Assembly: GCA_965242865.1 (NCBI GenBank)
Contig: CBDETK010000013.1
Span: 1,824,001-1,888,000 of the forward strand
DNA from: Candidatus Latescibacterota bacterium
GTDB taxonomy: Bacteria > Latescibacterota > UBA2968 > UBA8231
Length of the DNA stretch: 64,000 nt
Direction of reading: 5' to 3'
Under the pieces are notes generated by a model. The model made no database searches. It was not told where the DNA came from and worked only from the letters and a program-made list of their open reading frames with translations. This document shows positions 21,483 through 30,357 of this stretch, one piece after another (position 1 is the first letter of the stretch; every line of letters begins with the position of its first letter). A program made the translations under genes and the position numbers.

Positions 21483-23173
21483 CAACGGCCCGGCTCGCAG
21501 CGGATTTTGTCGAAGAGTACGCCACCCTCCTCGAGCTCAGTGGCACCTCCCCCTTCCGGGTCCGCGCCTACGCAAACGCCGTGCGGGCCCTCGAAACCCT
21601 ACCGGCGCCGCTCGACGAGCTCCTCGCGGCCGGGACCCTGACCGAGGTCAAAGGGATCGGCGACCGCGTGGCCGAACTGGTCGCCGAGTTTGCCGACACC
21701 GGCACCGCCCAAGCCTACGAAAAGCTACGGGCCGCCACGCCCGAGGGGCTGCTCGACATGCTGCGGGTCCCGAACTTGGGGCCGCGCAAGATCAACGCCA
21801 TCCGCCAAGCCCTCGGCGTCGAATCCCTCAGCACCCTCGAACAAGCCTGCCGCGCCGGCCAACTCGCCGGGCTCAAGGGCTTTGGCGCCAAGACCCAAGC
21901 GACCATTCTCAAGGGCGTCGAGTACATCCGCGCCCACGAGGGGCACTGCCGAGTCGATACCGCGCACCGCAGTGCTCAACGCCTGCTCGCCGCCCTGACC
22001 CCCCACGCCCGGCAGCTCGCCGTTGCCGGAGCACTGCGCCGAGCGCGGGAGACGGTCCAACAGCTCGACTTCGTACTCAGCACCCCGGACGAGGAGGCTG
22101 CAACTGCGGCCTTTGCCTCCCACCCGGATGTCGCCGAAGTCCTCGCGCCGGGTGCAACAAGGCTGTCCTGCGGGCTGCGAGCCAACTTGCACGTGGTCCC
22201 CAACGCGGCCTTCTCGGCCGCCCTACACCATTACACCGGCAACGAGGAACACCGCGCTGCAATACGCGCCAAGGCCGCCGAGCGCGGACTGGTCCTCAAT
22301 GAACGCGGCCTCTGGCGCGGCACTGAGCGCATCGAGTGTGCGGATGAAGCGGCCTTGTTCGCCGCCTTGCGCCTCGCGTACATCCCGCCGACATTGCGCG
22401 AGAACCGCGGCGAAGTCGAGGAGGCCGCCTTCCATACACTGCCCAAGCTGGTGACGACCGCCGACATTCGCGGCCTGCTCCACCTGCATTCGACGTATTC
22501 GGATGGGGCCGACAGCCTAGCGGCCATGGCCTGCGCCGTGCGGGAGCGCGGCTTTGAGTACATGGGCATTGCCGACCACAGCCAGACCGCGGCCTATGCC
22601 GGCGGGCTTAGCGTGGCCCAAGTCCAGCACCAGTGGGAGGAAATCGACCGGCTCAACGAGTCGCTGGCGCCCTTCCGCATCTTCAAGGGCATTGAGTCCG
22701 ATATCCGCGGCGACGGCTCGCTCGACTACGACGACGACCTGCTGGCGCGCTTCGACTTCGTGGTCGTCTCCGTCCATTCGCAGTTCAACCTGAGCCGCGA
22801 CGCCATGACCGCCCGCATCGTCCGCGCCATTGAGCACCCGGCCGCGACCATCGTCGGCCATCCAACCGGGCGGTTGCTCCTCAGCCGCGAGGGCTACGCC
22901 GTCGAGATCGAACCCATCATCCGAGCCGCCGCCCGCTGTGGAGTCGCCCTCGAAATCAACGCCCATCCCGCGCGGCTCGACCTCGACTGGCGGCACGTCA
23001 AAAAGGCGTGCGACCACGGCGTCCAAATCTCCGTCAACACCGACGCCCACAGCGTCGCCGGTCTGGACCATCTCCGCTACGGCGTCGGCATCGCCCGCAA
23101 GGGCTGGCTCCGCGCCCCCGATGTCCTCAACACCCTCAGCCGCGAAGCCATTGCCGCTTGGTTCCAACGCTAA
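21479..23173 (+). CDS. polX: PolX-family DNA polymerase/PHP exonuclease with non-canonical polymerase site
   Basis: Start MTTARL overlaps the upstream stop; FRVRAY, HhH motifs VKGIG and LKGFG, HYTG; PHP motifs HLHSTYSDG, ADHS, GHPTGR, NTDAH. Confidence 0.9.
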   Translation: MTTARLAADFVEEYATLLELSGTSPFRVRAYANAVRALETLPAPLDELLAAGTLTEVKGIGDRVAELVAEFADTGTAQAYEKLRAATPEGLLDMLRVPNLGPRKINAIRQALGVESLSTLEQACRAGQLAGLKGFGAKTQATILKGVEYIRAHEGHCRVDTAHRSAQRLLAALTPHARQLAVAGALRRARETVQQLDFVLSTPDEEAATAAFASHPDVAEVLAPGATRLSCGLRANLHVVPNAAFSAALHHYTGNEEHRAAIRAKAAERGLVLNERGLWRGTERIECADEAALFAALRLAYIPPTLRENRGEVEEAAFHTLPKLVTTADIRGLLHLHSTYSDGADSLAAMACAVRERGFEYMGIADHSQTAAYAGGLSVAQVQHQWEEIDRLNESLAPFRIFKGIESDIRGDGSLDYDDDLLARFDFVVVSVHSQFNLSRDAMTARIVRAIEHPAATIVGHPTGRLLLSREGYAVEIEPIIRAAARCGVALEINAHPARLDLDWRHVKKACDHGVQISVNTDAHSVAGLDHLRYGVGIARKGWLRAPDVLNTLSREAIAAWFQR

Positions 23174-23221
23174 AAAAGACCGTGTCGCACTTTGGCTATC
23201 AAACTAAGTAAAATTTCGTAA

Positions 23222-25195
23222 ATGGTTGTTTTTAATAAACTTATGAGGGGGGGGGAATCCACCCTTCTTATCGCCTTCCTCGCCATCTTGGGCACCACCC
23301 ACATCCTCGTCCGCACTGCCTCCTACGGCACCGCGATCACCACGGATTCCACAGTTTTCCTATCCACAGCCCTGAACTTCCTCGCGGGACAGGGCTGGCG
23401 AGATTTCGCGGGCAACCCATCGGTAGAATGGCCGCCCTTGTTCCCCCTGTTGCTGGTGGCCTTCGGCTGGGTCGGCATCGATCCGCTGGCGGCGGGTCGG
23501 TATATCAACGCCACCGCCTTCGGACTGATCATCTTCGCCGCGGGGTGCTGGCTGCGCTCGAATCTCCGGTCGCGGTGGCTGGTGCTAGCCGCCACCGCGA
23601 CCATTGCGACCTCCCTGTCCTTGAGCGATTGGGCATCCAACTTTAGAACCGACATCCTCTTCTACCTGTTTACGCTCCTCGCCTTAATTCAATTGGCGGC
23701 CGTCCTCAAGTGGCGGACAGACGCACCCCTGTGGTGGGCGGCGGTTTTCACTGCGCTAGCCGCGCTGACCCGCTATCCGGGCGTGGTCCTGATCGGCGTC
23801 GGCGTCCTGCTGCTGCTGGTGCGCCGCACCCCGCCGCTGGCGGTCCGGTTGAAGCACGCTGTCGTATTTGGTGCGGTCTCTTCCTTTCCCCTCGCGTTGG
23901 TGCTGATGTACAACTGGGCGGTCTCTGGGCACCTGACTGGGCCGCGTAGAAACGCGTCTGGGCAATCCCTATCCGATGGGCTGAGCCAGACCGTCAACAT
24001 ATTCCGCGAGTGGGTCGTCCCTCCAAACGCGCCGGACTGGTTGGGTTATCTCCTGTGGCTGGCTTTCGGGGCGGTCGGGCTAGCCGGCGCGGCGGTCGTC
24101 CTGCGCGGCGGCAGAGCACCCACAAGGGACGCTGCCGACCAGTCATCCTTCGGCGGCTGGTATGACCCAAAGGCCACGCCATCGCAGGTCCGCTTGGGGC
24201 CGGCTCTACTTTTCGGGGTGTTCGCCAAAATCTACATCGTATTGATGGTCGTCGTGCCATTATTCGCATTGCCTGTGGGCATCGAAAGCCGTTACTTGCT
24301 GCCCGTGTATGTGCCGTTGCTGTTGGCAGCGGCGTTCTTGCTGGATCGGTTCCTATCCAGCGAGGCGACGGGTCGGATGGCCGCCATCCGCTATGGGCTG
24401 GTGCCCCTCGTTCTGCTGGGTGCCCTCGCCCACATCGGCTTCTCGGCGCGAGAAAACCTCCATTATACCGCCCAAGCACAGGTAGCCGGATACCCCGCCC
24501 AAGCGTACAACGCCGCTCGTTGGCAGCATTCCGAGACCATGAATTACATCCGGGACCACCGCATGAAGGGCAAGATTTACAGCAACGCCGCCCCTCTTGC
24601 TTGGTTTGCGAGTCGGATCGCCGCCCCGGGTAAGTACGCAGGTCTCCCGACATGGTTCAAAGCCGGTACACATATCGTTTGGTTCCGGGAGTCCCCACTC
24701 GAGTTCCATTACGGCCCCCACCTCATAGACTTCCACCTCCTGCCCGGCGTGGAACCTGTGGCCGAACTGGCCGATGGCGTTGTATTCCGCGTAACGGCGG
24801 CCGGAGCCTTCGATCCAAAAAGTCGTCGCGCCCGGAAACAACGCTACGTGCAGGGACTCATCGAACGGAGCGGCGAGCAGGTGATCCGCGCCGACTGGGA
24901 CGTGTACCGCAACGGACGCAAGCTGACGTACCGCAAAAAGCCGTGTGCCCCCGCCGACGTGCTGACGAGTTTCGTTTTGCAAGTCAGCCCCATCGATCCG
25001 GCCGGCCGCCAGCCGCACGACTTTGATAACTTCGACTTCTATTTCTTCAGACAGGCGGGCGTATGGCTCGACGACCAGTGTGTCGTGACCGCCCAACTAC
25101 CCGGCTACGCCATCGACCGCATTCGGGTCGGCCAGTGGAGTTCCAACGGGAACCGCACCCTCTGGGACGCGGAGTTTTCGCCGGCCGGTGGGTGA
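23222..25195 (+). CDS. GT-C/ArnT-like polytopic membrane glycosyltransferase with C-terminal soluble domain
   Basis: DSTVF, WPPLFPLLL, LTRYPG and RYLLPVY motifs; about 11-12 hydrophobic segments. Confidence 0.75.
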   Translation: MVVFNKLMRGGESTLLIAFLAILGTTHILVRTASYGTAITTDSTVFLSTALNFLAGQGWRDFAGNPSVEWPPLFPLLLVAFGWVGIDPLAAGRYINATAFGLIIFAAGCWLRSNLRSRWLVLAATATIATSLSLSDWASNFRTDILFYLFTLLALIQLAAVLKWRTDAPLWWAAVFTALAALTRYPGVVLIGVGVLLLLVRRTPPLAVRLKHAVVFGAVSSFPLALVLMYNWAVSGHLTGPRRNASGQSLSDGLSQTVNIFREWVVPPNAPDWLGYLLWLAFGAVGLAGAAVVLRGGRAPTRDAADQSSFGGWYDPKATPSQVRLGPALLFGVFAKIYIVLMVVVPLFALPVGIESRYLLPVYVPLLLAAAFLLDRFLSSEATGRMAAIRYGLVPLVLLGALAHIGFSARENLHYTAQAQVAGYPAQAYNAARWQHSETMNYIRDHRMKGKIYSNAAPLAWFASRIAAPGKYAGLPTWFKAGTHIVWFRESPLEFHYGPHLIDFHLLPGVEPVAELADGVVFRVTAAGAFDPKSRRARKQRYVQGLIERSGEQVIRADWDVYRNGRKLTYRKKPCAPADVLTSFVLQVSPIDPAGRQPHDFDNFDFYFFRQAGVWLDDQCVVTAQLPGYAIDRIRVGQWSSNGNRTLWDAEFSPAGG

Positions 25196-25207
25196 GGACG
25201 CCCCATC

Positions 25208-25807
25208 TTGCCGCCTCGTCTCGTCGGCTTGGCCGGACCGTCCGGCGCCGGTAAAACCACGCTGGCCCGTGCGCTCCAGACCCACCTGCCCGGCCCGACC
25301 ACCGTGCTTTCCCTCGATGCGTACTACCGCGACTTGGCCGCCCTGTCCGCAGCCGCAAGAACCCGCGTCAATTTCGACGCCCCCGACGCCATAGATCACC
25401 CACGCCTCGCCGCTGACCTGCGCCAACTCGCGGCTGGCCACCGCGTCGAAATCCCGGTGTACGACTTTGCCACCCACACGCGCCAAGCGCACCAGCAGAG
25501 CCTCGCCCCGGCCGACTTCCTGATCGTCGAGGGCCTCTTCGCGCTCTATTGGCCCGCCATCAACACCCTCTACCACCTGCGCCTCTTCGTCGCAGCCGCC
25601 GACGCGCTCTGCTTGGAACGCCGCCTCGCCCGCGACCGCATGGAGCGCGGCCGTTCCGCCGCCTCGGTCCGCGCCCAGTACCAAGAACAGGTCCGCCCCA
25701 TGTACCGCCGCCACATCCAACCCACCGCCCGCCACGCCGACCTAATCCTCGACGGCAGCACCCCCATCGAAAAACAGGTCGCCGCCACCCTAGACGCCCT
25801 GTGGTAG
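25208..25807 (+). CDS. udk: Uridine kinase
   Basis: GLAGPSGAGKTT, DAYYRD, NFDAPDA, PVYDFATHTR, IVEG, RRLARD..ERGR. Confidence 0.92.
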   Translation: MPPRLVGLAGPSGAGKTTLARALQTHLPGPTTVLSLDAYYRDLAALSAAARTRVNFDAPDAIDHPRLAADLRQLAAGHRVEIPVYDFATHTRQAHQQSLAPADFLIVEGLFALYWPAINTLYHLRLFVAAADALCLERRLARDRMERGRSAASVRAQYQEQVRPMYRRHIQPTARHADLILDGSTPIEKQVAATLDALW

Positions 25808-25830
25808 GGACAACCCTCGTGGTTGTCCCT
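25804..25830 (+). repeat. GTAG-type REP-like palindrome (left flank of cassette)
   Basis: GTA-GGGACAACC-CTCGT-GGTTGTCCC; a perfect 9-bp stem overlapping the udk stop. Confidence 0.8.
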
Positions 25831-25946
25831 AGAAGCGGTCTGCTCCGCAAACCACCTTGGGGCATGTTGAACAAGCTCTGAGGATTGCCGTAGAAGTAAG
25901 CAGGTTGCGGCTTCTGTGTTTGGGCTTTTTATTAAAGAACCTACAA

Positions 25947-26050
25947 TCAGGGCCGGCCCCCCGTGCCTGCCCGTTAGAATCCCGTTGGGGCAGGCCCCCG
26001 TGCCTGCCCGTTAGAATCCCGTTGGGGCAGGCCCCCGTGCCTGCCCGTTA
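25947..26050 (+). repeat. About 2.8 tandem copies of a 37-bp palindromic REP-like unit
   Basis: Unit gttggggcaggcccccgtgcctgcccgttagaatccc (stem GGGCAGGC/GCCTGCCC) at 25984 and 26021, with a 5'-degenerate copy before. Confidence 0.9.
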
Positions 26051-26174
26051 CAGCGGCCCATTTGGGGTTAGCAAATGAACGAGACGATGGTTAAGCATTT
26101 CACATCAGGCAGGGGCCTTGCTGTGGGGCAAAACCCTGTTGGATGCTTGGAATCATCGTCGGATTTAATGTGTC

Positions 26175-26201
26175 GTAAGTCGTTGAAAAACAACAACTTA
26201 C
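26175..26201. promoter_or_regulatory. Dyad site with 11-bp arms and 5-bp spacer (recombinase- or repressor-type)
   Basis: GTAAGTCGTTG-AAAAA-CAACAACTTAC, one mismatch between arms. Confidence 0.55.
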
Positions 26202-26564
26202 CCTCCCCCCCCGAAAATTCTCCGCTAGCACCAAGCACTAAACTCTCTACTTCTCTGCATAGGCCGACGGCTCGTGTGCGGCTGTTGGGCGTCGCGTCGG
26301 TCTGCCCGCGTGGCCCCAAGCGCACGCTACCGTGCGGCCTTTGTGCTGATCCCCGTTTACTGCACCACCCCCGCAATCAGTCTGCCAAGGACCGAGAGCG
26401 GAATCTCTTCGACCCAGACACCGCGAGAACACTAGCAAAGGCGCACCCACAGCAAGGGGCGCGTCCTGAGCACTCCAAGTTAGCCCTAGGGCTAGCTCTG
26501 CCTCTTTCGGGGCGTCATGCCCCTCTTCCAATCTCCACACCATATCCACACAAAGGAGCAAAAA

Positions 26565-28235
26565 ATGCTTTCGTTGAAATCTCTCAAAACCCTGTTTGCG
26601 TTCGTCCTTTTGGGCATCGTCAGCACTTGGATGGGCTGCTCGGACTCCGCGCCGGTGGCCTCTCGGCCGGCGGGCAAAGCCACCTGTTCCTTGTGCGAGT
26701 TCTTGGGCGACGACGCCTACACCGCTACCGACGGACTGGCCGCCCGGGAAAGCCCCGACACCACCCAGACCGAAGCCGAAGCCGAGACCGACAGCACCCA
26801 GACCGCTGACGCCGATAGCACCCAAGCGACCACCGTGGAGTTCGCCGACGCCAATCTAGAGCGGGCGGTGCGGGAAGCGTTGGATCGCCCGCAAGGGCCG
26901 CTGACCCCGGCAGACTTGGCCGCCCTGACCGAACTTGACGCGAGCTATAAAAACATTGAGAGCGTGGCCGGCCTCGAACACGCCACGGCCCTGACAACGT
27001 TGTATCTGCGAGGCAACGCGATTACCGATGTGCAGCCGTTGGCCAGTCTGACCAATCTTCAAACGTTGTCGCTGTGGGGCAACAAGGTGGCGGATGCGAG
27101 TCCGCTGGCCAGCCTGATCAGCTTGCGCAAGCTGGATATGTGGGGCAACGAAATTACGGATGTACAGCCGTTCGCGGGCCTAACCAATCTGCAATTTCTC
27201 AATCTAGGGGACAACGACATTGCGGACGTGAGTCCCTTGGCCAGCCTGACCAACCTGAAATGGCTGGGCGTGATGGAAAACGGCCTTAGCCAGCACGCGG
27301 CCAACCAACAACTCGCCGCCGCGATAACAAGCGGCCTCCGCGTCGAAGCGGTAATAGAAAAATACCCCCGCGTCGAAACCGTCCAAGTCTATCCAGAAGA
27401 ACCGGAACCAGAGGAACCGGAACCAGTGCCCGTCATATACTGGACAGACTATACCACGTATAAGATTCAGCGGGCCGATTCGGATGGCGTAAACTCAAAC
27501 GTCCAAGACGTCGTCACAGGATTGGGTAATCCAGACGGCATCGCGCTGGACTTGGCGGGCAGAAAGATATACTGGACAGCCTATGGCGCGGATAAGATTC
27601 AGCGGGCCGATATGGATGGCGTAAACGAAAACGTCCAAGACGTCGTCACAGGATTGACGACCCCATTGGGCCTTGCGCTGGACTTGGTGGGCAGAAAGAT
27701 ATACTGGATAGACGATGGCACGGATAAGATTCAGCGGGCCGATATGGATGGCGTAAACGAAAACATCCAAGACGTCGTTACAACAGGATTGTCGTCCCCA
27801 TATGGCATCGCGCTGGACTTGACGAACAGAAAGATATACTGGACAGACTATGGCGCGGGCGTGAATAAGATTCAGCGGGCCGATATGGATGGCGTAAACG
27901 AAAACATCCAAGACGTCGTTACAGGATTGTTGTACCCATATGGCATCGCGCTGGACTTGGCGAACAGAAAGATGTACTGGACAGACTGGGGCACGGGCGC
28001 GGATAAGATTCAGCGGGCCGATATGGATGGCGTAAACGAAAACGTCCAAGACGTCGTCACAGGATTGGGTAATCCATTGGGCCTTGCGCTGGACTTGGCG
28101 AACAGAAAGATGTACTGGCCAGACAATACCACGGATAAGATTCAGCGGGCCGATATGGATGGCTTAAACGAAAACGTCCAAGACGTCGTCACAGGATTGA
28201 CGACCCCATCGGGCATCGCGCTGAGTATTCGGTAG
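26565..28235 (+). CDS. Lipoprotein with internalin-type LRRs and a six-bladed YWTD (LDL-receptor class B-like) propeller
   Basis: AAGGAG RBS; MLSLKSLK...WMGC lipobox; FADANLERAVR cap; 22-aa LTNLQTLSLWGNKVADASPLAS-type repeats; PEEPEPEEPEP linker; six (I/M)YWxx...KIQRADxDG repeats. Confidence 0.9.
   Translation: MLSLKSLKTLFAFVLLGIVSTWMGCSDSAPVASRPAGKATCSLCEFLGDDAYTATDGLAARESPDTTQTEAEAETDSTQTADADSTQATTVEFADANLERAVREALDRPQGPLTPADLAALTELDASYKNIESVAGLEHATALTTLYLRGNAITDVQPLASLTNLQTLSLWGNKVADASPLASLISLRKLDMWGNEITDVQPFAGLTNLQFLNLGDNDIADVSPLASLTNLKWLGVMENGLSQHAANQQLAAAITSGLRVEAVIEKYPRVETVQVYPEEPEPEEPEPVPVIYWTDYTTYKIQRADSDGVNSNVQDVVTGLGNPDGIALDLAGRKIYWTAYGADKIQRADMDGVNENVQDVVTGLTTPLGLALDLVGRKIYWIDDGTDKIQRADMDGVNENIQDVVTTGLSSPYGIALDLTNRKIYWTDYGAGVNKIQRADMDGVNENIQDVVTGLLYPYGIALDLANRKMYWTDWGTGADKIQRADMDGVNENVQDVVTGLGNPLGLALDLANRKMYWPDNTTDKIQRADMDGLNENVQDVVTGLTTPSGIALSIR
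27435..28232 (+). repeat. Six near-identical intragenic tandem repeats of roughly 130 bp
   Basis: The core ataagattcagcgggccgat...gatggc.taaac...aac.tccaagacgtcgt recurs six times. Confidence 0.95.
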
Positions 28236-28366
28236 TCGTAGAGGTTCACCTGCCCGGCTTGAATGGGTCGAGGCGCTGGGCTAAGGCCGAGCGGGAAGGA
28301 CGGCGACCGCCTCTACGGCTTGTTCAAAACGACCCAAGATAGGATTTGCGGAGCAGACCGCTTCTT

Positions 28367-28386
28367 ACAACCCTCGTGGTTGCCCT
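28367..28386 (+). repeat. Right-flank copy of the REP-derived direct repeat
   Basis: acaaccctcgtggttgccct versus acaaccctcgtggttgtccct at 25810-25830 (1-nt indel); lacks the GTAGGG head. Confidence 0.85.
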
Positions 28387-28419
28387 TATCTGCGTCCCGC
28401 CCCACGCTCCAATGGCATC

Positions 28420-30357
28420 CTAAAACGGCCCGGCGTGGTGCGAAGGCTCGTTGACGTAGCGTTGGGTCTCTAGGTCGAGGGTGATTTCGCAATGAGGCGG
28501 CAAGGCGATGCTCAGGTGCTTGCCGTTGACGGCCACTTGACGCTCTTCGGTCGCCAAGGGCACCGCCGCGTACGTACCGGCATAGCCGCCCAGCCAGCCC
28601 GGGTACTCGCTGGTGCGGCTGTGGTACGCGGCCCGGCCAAAGCGGTGCTCGCCAAAGGCGCCGCCCTGAATGACCAGTTCCCTGCTCTCGTTGGGGTTCA
28701 AATTGACCAAGCGCACGACCGTGCGGTTCGCTTCGAGCGTTTCCACCAAGGCCCCTACGTCGGCGGGCAGGCCGGGGCGGCCGCGCTGGGCGTCAAAGTA
28801 GCGCAGGCGGGTGTGCAGCAGGCCGCCGTTGTAGATGGGTTGTGGGCCGCCCAGCGTGAGTTGGATGAGCGCTTCGGACGAGACGGGATTGCCCCATTGC
28901 CAGTGGTGGACGTGATGGCGAGTGCCCACGTCTTGATCGGCGCGCAGTTGGGCCAAGCGGCGGCCGGCCACTTGGTACGTGGCCTGCAACATTTGCTCTG
29001 GATAGGTCGGGTTGGCGCCGGCCAAAAAGCGCACCCAAGGGGCCTCGTGGCCCGAGTCCTCTTTGTTGTGGAAGGGGAACACGGCCGCCCAGTCGAACGC
29101 TTCCTTTTGCCGAATGGCCTCCACGCGCTCCCAATCGGCCTCGTCCATGGACAAATTCCACAGGGTCACCGGGTACACCGGACTCATGGGCTGCCAGTCG
29201 AACCAGCCGGCGTCGCCGTAGCGGTAGGGCACCAGCAAGGTTTCGCGCTGCTCGCCCATGGCGGCAAATTGGCTCGCCCAGCGCTCGGCCACGCTCATGT
29301 ACTGATCGCGAATATCCTCCATGCGCCCTTGTTCCAAAATGCGGTCCATCTGCTGGCGCGGCAGGTCGAGATAGGCGCGGTCGCGGGTCAACAAGTAGGC
29401 GTTGGCCGCGGCGTCGAGGGTGGCCTTCTGCAACGTCAAAAAGCCGTGCGGAAAGGTCCAGCCGTAGCGGCCCCCGTACCAATTTCCAGCGCAGTATTCG
29501 CCCACTTGGCCGGACAAGCCGACGTTGTCGGGCAACAGGCCGCCGTTGGCGCGGGCGCGCTCCACCCAAGCGTCCGTGTATTCCACGACCCAAGCGCGGT
29601 ATTTTTCGTCGCCCGTGATCAGGAAGGCATTGGTCGCCAGCGAGGTGACGGCCAAGTTGGTCGGGGTGTCGCCCTGACGCCAGCGGTCGAACAGGGTTTG
29701 CCCCATCAGCCGAGCTTTGGCCGGGTCGGCCAAGTCCTGCACACAGGTGATGCCGGGCAAGTCAAAAAAGGGCAGGTCGTACACTTCCATGCTGCCGCCC
29801 AAGGGGTTGTAGCTTTGTCGGTCGCGCTCGGCGAGTGGGGCGAAGTAGGGGCCGTGGCTGCCGTTGAGGCCCGAGCGCAGGATTTTGTGCTCGGGGTCGT
29901 AGTTTTGCGCGTCCGGGTCTTCGTTGAGGTAAAAGCCGGCAAAGCGACAGGCCCGTTCGACGCGCCGCGGGGCATTGGGGTGGGCTAGGCACAAGTGATA
30001 AAAGCAGACGTCGCTTTCGGCTTGGTGCATCTGGTCTTCGCGGATGCCGTATTCCTTGCTGACCGTGCCCAAGCGGGTCAGTTGGCGGGTGATGGCCTCC
30101 CACTGGCGGTCGGCCAAGTGCAACAGGTGCTCGCCGCCGCCCATCAGATAAACGAGCGGCCAATTAAAAAAAGGCTCGTAGAAATCGTCGGGGCTGCCGC
30201 CGCCCCACTCGTCCTGCCAGATGAATTCGCCATCCTCGCGGGTGAAGTGGTCGAGGAAGGGCTGCACCGATTGGTCGAGGGCGTCGAACAGGCGACGCTG
30301 CCACACGGCCCAGTGGGCCGGTTCGTTGAGCGGGATATTGGCGGTCAGGCGTTGCAT
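28420..30357 (-). CDS. Conserved hypothetical protein, possibly (alpha/alpha)-toroid glycosidase/lyase-like
   Basis: Likely start MQRLTAN at 30357 with AGGAG RBS; W/Y/D-rich motifs DDFYE, NGGLLPDNVG, WYGG..GW. The fold is a guess. Confidence 0.7.
   Translation of the reverse strand: MQRLTANIPLNEPAHWAVWQRRLFDALDQSVQPFLDHFTREDGEFIWQDEWGGGSPDDFYEPFFNWPLVYLMGGGEHLLHLADRQWEAITRQLTRLGTVSKEYGIREDQMHQAESDVCFYHLCLAHPNAPRRVERACRFAGFYLNEDPDAQNYDPEHKILRSGLNGSHGPYFAPLAERDRQSYNPLGGSMEVYDLPFFDLPGITCVQDLADPAKARLMGQTLFDRWRQGDTPTNLAVTSLATNAFLITGDEKYRAWVVEYTDAWVERARANGGLLPDNVGLSGQVGEYCAGNWYGGRYGWTFPHGFLTLQKATLDAAANAYLLTRDRAYLDLPRQQMDRILEQGRMEDIRDQYMSVAERWASQFAAMGEQRETLLVPYRYGDAGWFDWQPMSPVYPVTLWNLSMDEADWERVEAIRQKEAFDWAAVFPFHNKEDSGHEAPWVRFLAGANPTYPEQMLQATYQVAGRRLAQLRADQDVGTRHHVHHWQWGNPVSSEALIQLTLGGPQPIYNGGLLHTRLRYFDAQRGRPGLPADVGALVETLEANRTVVRLVNLNPNESRELVIQGGAFGEHRFGRAAYHSRTSEYPGWLGGYAGTYAAVPLATEERQVAVNGKHLSIALPPHCEITLDLETQRYVNEPSHHAGPF

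Larger units (their letters stand above)
25831..28365. mobile_element. Putative non-autonomous cargo element bounded by 46/48-bp imperfect inverted repeats
   Basis: 25831-25876 versus the reverse complement of 28318-28365: outer 21 bp and inner 10 bp identical. Flanked by acaaccctcgtggttg(t)ccct at 25810-25830 and 28367-28386. No transposase inside. Confidence 0.65.

Noticed and set aside
25947-26050. Possible mini CRISPR array
   Set aside because: The sequence between the palindromes is identical and only about 11-15 bp, so there are no unique spacers; no cas genes in the window.
26430-26525. Riboswitch (c-di-GMP-I-like) in the lipoprotein leader
   Set aside because: Several small hairpins are present, but I could not match the consensus; an Infernal/Rfam scan is needed.
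26075-26809. 244-aa ORF upstream of and overlapping the lipoprotein
   Set aside because: It crosses the dyad/poly-C leader, overlaps the real gene in another frame and has no recognisable domain, including no transposase motif.
27435-28232. Diversity-generating retroelement target or CRISPR-like array
   Set aside because: The repeats are in-frame protein blades. Synonymous adenines (ggA, ccA, caA, agA) are invariant, unlike A-to-N mutagenesis, and no reverse transcriptase or template repeat is visible.
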